NCBI GenBank assembly: GCA_000320545.1
Contig: ADNK01000770.1
Span: 1-64,000, forward strand
DNA length: 64,000 nucleotides
Source of the DNA: Bigelowiella natans CCMP2755
Taxonomy: Eukaryota > Protista > Cercozoa
Direction: 5' to 3'
Shown: in pieces, positions 40,731 through 49,800 of the stretch
Layout of the letters: every line of letters begins with the position of its first letter
Numbering within the stretch: the stretch's first letter is position 1
Made by a program: the position numbers and the translations under genes
The notes under the pieces: generated by a model
What the model saw: only the letters and a program-made list of their open reading frames with translations
Databases searched by the model: none
Told to the model about the DNA's origin: nothing

Positions 40731-41323
40731 TACATGTGCCGATGCACGCAGGAAAATTCCCAAAATTTTTGTCGCCGATCTTAGATCCGGTGGCGCATCG
40801 CATGGCAGGCGGCGGGGCAGCAGGGTACACACCTGACCCCAGCTTTTGTTTCCCAACTACAATTGTCAGTAGGGAAATGCCGCAAAATTCGCAACCCAAA
40901 ACATTTTGCGGCCGCATGTGCAGTGTAAACGCAAGCATCAAGGACATGCATTTGCCATTGTGCTCGATCAGCTCTGAGCTTCGCAACGAAATACATGTTT
41001 ATCTAGACATGTGATCAGCTCGTGTCAACTTTTTATAGCATCGTCGCTATGTGTCGCTACCATGCACATGTTTCCCCATCTATGAGAATTGTATCGTAAT
41101 ACTCGCAGGCGCGAGGCTTCACATGCTGCACGTAACATGAACAAATCATGTTTCTTGTGCAGAATTTTTTTAATAGACTTATTTGCATCAGGTTAGGACA
41201 ATCGTTTCATCCATTTATAATACCCATGCTGCAAATAACCACTACGGTATTAGATAACTGATCACCTGCTTCCATGATCTCCAATGTGCTTTGGTAACGA
41301 GTCAGAATATGATTATTCCTTTC

Positions 41324-42748
41324 TCAGGAAAGAATTTCAGACTTCCCGCCTTTAACTATTGCCATAACTGTAGCAAAGACCATGGCTGCAACCGTGAATA
41401 TTATTATCATCCAAGGAAGGAGGAGTGCGCGGCCTCGTTGCCAATTCGGCAAAGCGTTAAAACCAGGCCGTGAGGAGGGATTTGCTCCTTCCGAATCACT
41501 ATCATCGTCCAGAAAAGCGTCAGTTTTTTTACTATCTCCATTGATCCCTCTACGAGGATCATCATCTACAAGGCGCCGGTCCTCGAGAGATACGTCATAA
41601 GTATCCAAGAGGTTATACCTTGTCGTCGTAAGGTACAGGGCGGCAGGGACAATGAAATTCAGCACGCCAGCTGTTCCAATTCCAACCCAAGTCATTAGGA
41701 AGTTGATCATATCTCCCCCATAAAACAGAATCGAGATGATCCAGGGAAAGATCACGGCCCAGAATTGCGCAGCAGGTCGAGAGCAGATGTTGTTGGAGAT
41801 CAGGTTGTAGCGCATCACGATAGATATCACAGGGATCGAGGTCACGAGGGAGAAAATAGGGAAAGCATAGCTGAAAATCCGAATTGGAAGTGGCGACGAC
41901 TTTCCTGTAAGAATAGCCAGCATATCCTCCCCTGATTTAAAGTTAAGAACCAGCGCAGCGAGCAATGGAGGGATGACCATCAGCAGTACACCGATTATCG
42001 ATGCACGGGTAGAGGCCTTTCTCAGGTCAACCGACGAGTGCTTCTCGTTTATCCACGCTGGAACAGTGAGCACAAAAGAAAAATTGAACAGTAGGAATCC
42101 TATCGAGCTTCCCGAGGCACCGATAGCGGGGAGGTTCTCTGTGTGGATATCGAGTGTCAGGAAGTATATGCTCCACACAAGGCTAATTATGAGAAGCCCT
42201 AGGAAGGCACCGTGCTGGATATAGATGTTATCTCCAAGATTAAGGAAACCTAAGGGAATGGTTACCACAACTAGAATGAGGAGCCCAACGGAGATCACCC
42301 AATCGTTGCCGAAGACCGAGTCTGAGGAGGCTTCCTCTTTTGTTATGCAAGTAAAGCCTGGGTGCGGAGAAAGCCTTAGAGCACAAGCGCTGCCGAAAGC
42401 CAACATCGCCTCGTCGATTGTTTGGGCCGATTCGACTATATTGCCAATATTTGTACCAACACACGAGACAAGGAAGAGAGCCAACACCACCAAGTGAACC
42501 CGGGGACTGAAATAGGTCCGCACAAGATCCATAAACTCCACGCTATTCTGGAAGCGCTCGTTCCCAGGAATTCGAGTCATTGTCTCCGCCACGAAAAAAA
42601 TACAGACCAGACTCATCAACGTGTATAATGTGATAATTAAGGTCAGTCCAGCATAGCCTGTGGTCTGGAAGGCGAGGGGAAGTATAACGAGGCCTGGTCC
42701 CGTAATATTGTTAACAAGCAACGCAATGCTGCCCCATAGTCCAATCAC
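41324..42748 (-). CDS. Amino acid/auxin permease (Aa_trans, AAAP family) transporter; additional 5' exon(s) likely to ~43350
   Basis: 474-aa ORF with ~11 hydrophobic helices; SIALLVNNITGPGLVILPLAFQTTG and LFNFSFVLTVPAWINEK motifs. Confidence 0.88.
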   Translation of the reverse strand: MIGLWGSIALLVNNITGPGLVILPLAFQTTGYAGLTLIITLYTLMSLVCIFFVAETMTRIPGNERFQNSVEFMDLVRTYFSPRVHLVVLALFLVSCVGTNIGNIVESAQTIDEAMLAFGSACALRLSPHPGFTCITKEEASSDSVFGNDWVISVGLLILVVVTIPLGFLNLGDNIYIQHGAFLGLLIISLVWSIYFLTLDIHTENLPAIGASGSSIGFLLFNFSFVLTVPAWINEKHSSVDLRKASTRASIIGVLLMVIPPLLAALVLNFKSGEDMLAILTGKSSPLPIRIFSYAFPIFSLVTSIPVISIVMRYNLISNNICSRPAAQFWAVIFPWIISILFYGGDMINFLMTWVGIGTAGVLNFIVPAALYLTTTRYNLLDTYDVSLEDRRLVDDDPRRGINGDSKKTDAFLDDDSDSEGANPSSRPGFNALPNWQRGRALLLPWMIIIFTVAAMVFATVMAIVKGGKSEILS

Positions 42749-43484
42749 CTTGTCATTATCATTTTTACTGCTGCGCTGACGCCTGCTGCGTGCCTCTATC
42801 TGTGAGTCTAGGTTAACCTGTCAGCGATTATGCCGATCATACATTATTAGAAGCATGAAAGCAAAAAGAGAAGACATGATTTGATTCGGGGACCTGCATG
42901 GGAGCTAAAGTACGTGTGCAACAGCGAAGTTATTCCCGCCCCCACGAGTGCACTCGGTGGCCAATGTTTTCTTTTCTCGAAGGTACTGCTCTAAAGAGTC
43001 AGAAATCCAATAACTCCTGCCGATTCGTTTCCCCCCAAGAACGTGGCGAGTGATCAGCGGGGTTGGGGCAGGCTGGTTGTTCTGGAGATGGCGTCGACAA
43101 TTAATAAGAAAATGCCCTGTATTTGGGGTAAAACCGGTAGAAACCGTAATCCCCGCGGTTACGGATGGATATTTTCAGACAAAATAGTGAGCAAGTGTCG
43201 TACATTGGATAGATCCTACACAATTATTGTTGAGCGGGTGATTCGTGGGCATTTTATCCCGTGCGACATGATGTTATGTCTGTCGTCGTCGAGCCGGTCA
43301 TTCGATGATGCTCCTGGAATCGGGAGCCTACCAATCCGCTTAACACCGCCGAGCGCCCGACCCCTCTTCGAATAATACTACCGAGCCACTGTCGCTGAAA
43401 GTTCCTACTTCTCCAACGCTTTCCCTACTTCATGCTATCTGCATAAACGCCCATAGGACAGCCTGTCGGAGATTCGGCTTCGGG

Positions 43485-45128
43485 ATGATTATCGTGTTAC
43501 TTCTAGGTTCAATAGTTGCCTTCGTGGCGTTCTTTGCGGTAATAAGAGCGGGCAATAGCCATTCCTGACAGTAGTTTGCACATTGCGGTCAAACCATCCT
43601 GTTTCCATGAAAATATATGATTGAATGTTTCACTTAGCTCTTGCTTCGAGTCGTGCACTCCTCGAAGCAGCTTGGGAAGCTAGCAGAGAGTATAATTTTC
43701 TTGAAATTGGGGGGAACTGCTGCGCTAGATAGCGTTTTGGCACAGAGGTATGCCCGCATTGCGGTATCTGTTTAATCTTCTGAGTAATAAAATTTGATAG
43801 GAAATCTCGATTGCTCTCCAGTGCAGGATTACGAGGTATGAACGAAAAGACGATTTTTCTGGCTAGTTTAACTCTATATTTATAAACATATACACAGGCA
43901 AGATATTAGACTGTGGAAGTGGACAAGGTGTTAATGATTTCATTTCTGATTTTTTAAACAAAAGAAAAGTAAACAAGTTCATTTGGTTAGGAATGAACTT
44001 AAAATATTTGGCTGCACTTCCGTACGTTACGGACATCATCTGCTTAGAATCCAATGATTACTTCTTGGCTAATCTGAGACAAGCGGTAACACAAATTGGT
44101 GCTAATAAAAAGTTATATCAAACAAGTTTCTTTTAGGCTGCAGAGGTGTCAAGGTCATCTGGCAAAAAAGTTGAAGTGTTTCATGAGACTCTTGAATCTT
44201 ACCTTCAAAAACATCCCAAAGTATAAAAAATTTAAATTTACTACATCGTGCAAGATCAGCTTCTCATTAAAAATTTATCTTAAGGAGGCGGGAACTTATG
44301 ACGGAGTGCTTTGTATACACTCACTCGGTTAATTCAAACAGAATTTGGGTGGATACATGTTCCACAACTTCAGCCTTCATATATGTATATATTAGGTCGA
44401 ATGGGGAAACTAAAAGCTACGGCACAGATAATACAGGTACAACTAGCCAATACCTTAAATGTATTTTCGTCCAAGCAGTAATCAATAATAATCATCAAGG
44501 TGTATGTGTAACACATTCCTCGTGAATAATCATAGATTGCATTGAAAAAAGGAGGTAAGCTTGTCTTCATGGAGGCAAGCAGGAGTAAGGTGGAGAAACT
44601 TTCGACAACTGGCCACATTCACCTAATTCCATTGAAATTGTTCCTCAAAACAATTAGTTTACGAACTTATGGCAGCGTACATGTCGAATACCATTGATCG
44701 TGGTAGGTGCAAGATTTAGTCTATCCTAAAGCATATCCAAAGATAATTTCCATTTTTATCAGCTTGGAGGTTTAGACTTAATGAAGGATCCAATTAAGAG
44801 CCTAAGCTCCGTCGGATGGCAAAAGTTTGAGGTATTATATTTCTCGTTGGAATTGCATCTTTATTTTCTGTTATCCTGAATTTGGTCTTGTTGTAGGGAG
44901 AGAGGTTTTTGGTAAATACAAGCAACGTCTCGTGGCTGATGAACTCATTTTTATCGATTCTAAAATCACATGCAATGGGATGCGCGGTAATTATGATTTA
45001 TTCATGGTGATTATCTGTTACAATCGTTTATGAACCAAACACAGGTTGCTAGGGAAGCTAAGGGTGGACTTCATACGAATGCAGATCAAATAATGGCGAA
45101 ATCACGAAGGAAGCACAAACATCGTTGA
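43485..45128 (+). CDS. METTL7/TMT1-like class I SAM-dependent methyltransferase with N-terminal membrane anchor (largely missed by the ORF track)
   Basis: Spliced MIIVLLLGSIVAFVAFFA|LLLRVV...|AGLR|GKILDCGSGQ|GMNLKYLAALPYVTDIICLESNDYF...|EAGTYDGVLCIHSL|...|IALKKGGKLVFME|..., containing SAM motif I, post-I acidic residue and motifs II/III. Confidence 0.8.
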
Positions 45129-45599
45129 TTTGAATAACAATCCTGTTTACGGGTGTAGCATTGTGGAACCACACACGCGTTGCGCCATGACAAAGTGTGA
45201 GCGCCAGTCGTTTGATCACATCGCAATTGTTCATGTCTCAATTGAAAATCACACACTCCAAATTGACAATAGAATTCGCTACAGAATCGCAGATGTTGCA
45301 GTTCACGCCGCACACCGCTGCACAAATTGCCACGGACGTGCGCACAACCACAACCGCATGTCTGAAGCCCGTAGCTGATGAAAATGCTGAACGTGCAGTT
45401 TTCACGATGCACACCCAATCTTCATGCATGTTACAGTGACGTCCAATTGCAAACTCACGTCCACATCGAACTTCAAGCCTTTGCACATTGCACGCACGAC
45501 GAGTGCTTTGCACGTTTGACATGGTAGACGGTTCAACAATCGCAAACTTGTTCACACATGACTGGTCACACCAGGTGCCTGGTTTGGCAGCGTCGTGCG

Positions 45600-46470
45600 G
45601 TCAGCATGCTGATTGCACGTGAAGCGTGCGCACCTGTATGTTTTGACGTTTCCTCCGCCCTTGTTGGTTCTTGCATTGCGAACTGTCGTTTTCGACGCGT
45701 TTCTCTTTTTTCAGTAGCAACCAGCTAGTCGTCTGTCCAAAATGGGCCCTGCCAAAACACCGACAAGTCGAGTCTGAAAAGTCACGAAGTTTTTGGTGAG
45801 TGCAAAGTGTCATTTCCATGGATTTCTGTTCTTGACACACCAGATTCACTGAGTGTGACTGGCGGAGGGTGCCCACAGAGAAGCGCACGAGTGCTCGCTT
45901 CTTCCACGACTTGAACAACCTGTTCTGCGAAAACTTCCCACCTGTGGAGAGAACGTGGAAGCATGCATGCAAGACAAGAGACCATCGCCGAATGTGTCAA
46001 AAAGGCGGCAGAAGAGAAACGTTTGGAAGCGAGTTCACGAAACACACGACAACACAAAGTGACGTGTGACAACAACACACGTGTGGGACAGCATCATGCT
46101 CGCTAAAAATCCTCTTGGGTGTCCTTGGAGTGGGGTTTGAACCCTCGCGGCCGAAGCCAGCATCGCAGGAACGGCCTGTGTCATGCACGTTCAGCAACAG
46201 AAAGCGGTGCCGATGCCACCGCGTCTGGATGGCTAGAAAGCCTGGATGAAGGAACATTCACTCATTGACCTCGAGCGATTTCACGTGCTTGCAACGAACA
46301 CTCATTGTTCTCCCCACTGATCCTCTCCCCTCCACAACAAGGAATCGCCTTCAGCCTTGACCGCACCCACCCTTCTAGCTAGCTAGCCTTGTTCGGCAGC
46401 GTCCCCTCTTCAAGCTCCGCGTAGATCTGGGCTCTGCGATGGATGATGTGGCCCTAACGATGACACCACA
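45600..46470 (-). pseudogene. Degenerate gene relic (exon-like fragments) flanking, and probably interrupted by, the LTR element
   Basis: Fragments GHIIHRRAQIYAELEEGTLPNK (~46390-46455) and GGKFSQNRLFKSWKKR (~45895-45941, weakly PH-like) follow AG acceptors. Another exon-like piece lies at ~52285-52308. The region is TpA-depleted. Confidence 0.3.
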
Positions 46471-46517
46471 CGCACATGCACAACAAACACACACACGACA
46501 GTGCACGTGCTCCCAAA

Positions 46518-46843
46518 TGTAGCGCGTACCACTACGCGGGCACAAGTCACGTGCGACAACAAAGGGGTTGTCGCGGATATAGAATATAGATAACGTAGAT
46601 ATTAATACAGCATAGGCACGTGGGTTCCGGCGGGACTCATGGCAGCACACCGGAAGTGTGCTGCCCCACGTGCGGCGGCATTCGCGAAAGCTTCGCGAAT
46701 GATTACGCAGTGCACGATTTAATAAAAATATAATCTTTAATAAAAATAAACACAACTCTTCAAAAGGAAGCAAACGTGCCTTTCCCCCCCCCTGCCTACT
46801 TGTGCACGTAGCGCCTCGGCCTGTGAACACCTTACGCGCAACA
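46518..46843 (+). repeat. 5' LTR
   Basis: TGTAGCGCGTA...TACGCGCAACA (10/11 terminal inverted repeat), two AATAAA signals; direct repeat of 51908-52233. Confidence 0.97.
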
Positions 46844-46848
46844 ACCTT

Positions 46849-46871
46849 TGGCTTCCACACACGGGAAACGA
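46849..46871 (+). other. Primer-binding site (TGG..., resembles the complement of a tRNA-Glu/Asp 3' end)
   Basis: TGGCTTCCACACACGGGAAACGA starts 5 nt after the LTR. The tRNA identity is tentative. Confidence 0.55.
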
Positions 46872-46882
46872 TTTGACTAACA

Positions 46883-49800
46883 ATGTCACAGCAGCTAGAA
46901 GAACAGCAGGACTTTGGCTCGCAGGCCGTGCAAGGGCACGAGCAGAAACAGGAAAGGAAGGGCGATACGGACGCTAAGGAAGGAGGAGGAACACCTCCAC
47001 AGGCACCGCCGGGACCAGCACCCGGGATTAAGAAAGCAGATGCAGCAGCAGAGGCACTGGAGAACTTCTACGAGGCGGACGACGAGGACGTGGCCGCCGA
47101 AAGCAAGAAGGTCGTAATGGCATTACGAGCCTTGCGACCCAGGGCGAGCAACTACGCCAAACTGAAAGTATCGATAGAATACAAGTATCAGACACATGAT
47201 GTTTGGGCAGCTATCATGCAGGACATCATGGATTACGAAGCAGACTTACCTCCAGAGTGGGCAGCTTTGTTTAGGAACGACGGGGGTCTGGGCGCCTCGC
47301 GGGGGACGACCCAGAGCACCGTCAAGCAGCAGCAGCCGGTACAGCGGAACACCCAGTTCATGTCTGTTAAAACAGCACCGGTTATGATAACGAAATACAA
47401 CGGGAAAAGAGGTGAGGCAAGGAGGTGGTGGAAGAACGCTAGGAGTATACTCTGCGACTTTACCCCTAACCCCACCGAAAACGACAAGCTCAAATGGCTA
47501 GCTATAATAAAGCAAGCCATGGACCTTTACGAGACAGGCAGGACCCGGATCAGGCAGCTAGAGAAAATACACACTACAGTTAGTGGGCTACGAGACGTTG
47601 AGGCGATAATGAAGGCTTTTGTAAATGAACAGGATGCTAACTCCCTACCCCAGGCTATTAGAAAATACAGAGCAATGATGCAGCATGAGAGAGAACCTGT
47701 TAGAGACTTTGCCACGCGCTTCCAGGATATGATCGACGAACTACATGATTTTAATTACAACACAGGTGATGATCAGGCAAGGTTTGAAGAGTTCAAGTTA
47801 AAGATAAAGGAATCCACTTACGTTACGGAGAAAGGCTACACCACGATGGAGGCAGCAGTGCAGGCTATATCCCTACGCGAGCAGGAGCAGGACCGCAAGT
47901 TTACCAGCCCTAAGGTACCTGGCATAGGAAACATTAACGCTATTAAGCCGCAGCGAGACTGGTACAAGGACAGGGAAGGTAACCGACGTTGCGGATACTG
48001 CTCACGTAAAGGGAAACACACCGCTAAAGACTGCAGAGACAGGAAAGAAGGACGACCCAGGATGACGATCAGGCAGCTCAACGAACACTACGAGAAGTTA
48101 AAGAGAAAGAAAGGCAGAGGACAAGGATATAACAACAGCAAATGGCAAGGCAGCAACAACGGGAAGAACAATAAATATAAGAACAAAAAGCAGAACAGTA
48201 TCAATGCTATACAGCAGCAGATAAACGGAATATTAGATCACCTTAAGCAGGCGCCGACGAAGACAGCAGTACCAGCAACGCAGGACCAAGACAAGCCCAT
48301 GACCCTAGACGACATAAAGAACTTAGGAGTATGCAACATTAATGACGAAGACGCTAACAGGACTATCAAAGTTGCTATGACCAAGGTTAAAGTTAAAGAC
48401 AGCTACGGAGACTACAAGAAACTACCTGCCCTTTGGGATAGTGGCAGCATGCCGAAGTCCTTCATAAGCCTAAGCACAGTAAGAAGGTTAGGACTATTGG
48501 ATCAAGTGACTAAGAAAGAACGTAAATATGCTCAAGCAGACGGAAGCTCTTCCATGAAGACCGTCGGTGAGCTAATGCTAAAGCTACAGATACCTGGCAG
48601 CGACGCGGAGACCCAAATCAAGACCCGAGTAGCCATGACTTTATCCATGGAACTACTCCTCGGACAGGATGCCCTAGAAAAATTAGGGGGGATCATATCA
48701 TTCTACAATCACAAGATATACTTTGCTAAGTTGCCAAAGAAGTCAGGCAGGACCATCAGCCAGAACATGATACGGCTTGACGAGTGGACCTCTGAGTCAA
48801 GCGTTAATGCGTTAGAGTTTATGGACCTAGCGGACAACAAGCTACCTACACCTACCGAGCTACGGAAGAAGAACCCCGGCAAGACCATCCGACAGATAAC
48901 GGAGCTACTGGACAAGACCCCCCCAGCTGATGATTGGGATATCGACAAAGGCAAAAAGTACATTAATAAAATATTAAACGAGAAGTACTCTGACATCACC
49001 AAGCCGACGACGAAGCCCTCCAGCAAGCTTACCCCAGTAAAGATCGAGCTAAAGAAGGGATACGAAGAGTGCATCATCAATGACCCAGAACATAGGCGAC
49101 CGGAAGCGGACTGGGAAAAGATAGAGTGGCAGATCAATGAATGGGCAAAGGAAGGGAAGATAGAGCCAAGCAACTCACCATGGAACGTGAGACATGTGCT
49201 AGCTAAGAAACCTACTTACCCTTTCTTCCGCCTGGCGCACAACTTCATCCGCCACAACCGAGTAATAAAGAGGATCCAGACACCTACACCAAGGATAGAT
49301 GACGTTATTGAACACGTCATAGGATACAAATACTACTCTTCCCTAGATAAAAATGAATCATACATGCAGACACCCATCCACAAAACCTCCCGCCCCATTA
49401 CCGCGTTCTCCAGCAGGCACAGGAAGTGGCACTTCGTCGTATTCCCTTACGGCCTAAGCATATCAGGGGATGCGTTCAGTAGTCAGAACTACAGGGCATA
49501 CACACATGATGGGATGGCGTCTGTGTTGTGGGTGTTTGTGTTTGTGTATGTGGATGATGACATAATATGTACCAACACAGTCGTCGCTCAGATCTTCCTC
49601 CTGGAAAATATATTTATTAGGTTTGCACACTTCGGTTTTACTATTAGACTGCAGAAGTGTACATTCCTAGCTACAAGAATCAAGTGGTGTGGATATTACC
49701 TGGAGCAAGGCCGCATCACCCCAAACCCCGAGAAAGTAGCAGCACTACAGCAAGCCCCTAAACCTAAGAATGCAAAGGAGTTAAAGTCATTCTTGCAGAC

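Noticed and set aside
46128-46165. tRNA-Leu/Ser-like variable arm plus T-arm on the minus strand (GGCTTCGGCC-GCGAGGGTTCAAACCCCAC)
   Set aside because: No D-arm, anticodon arm or acceptor stem can be folded, so it is at most a fragment or coincidence.
45130-46517. CpG-methylation decay or fungal RIP as the cause of CA/TG richness
   Set aside because: CpG remains common and TpA is lost rather than gained.
46375-46860. 161-aa and 151-aa antisense ORFs with identical cores (also 51861-52316)
   Set aside because: The identity simply reflects the two LTR copies; no protein features.
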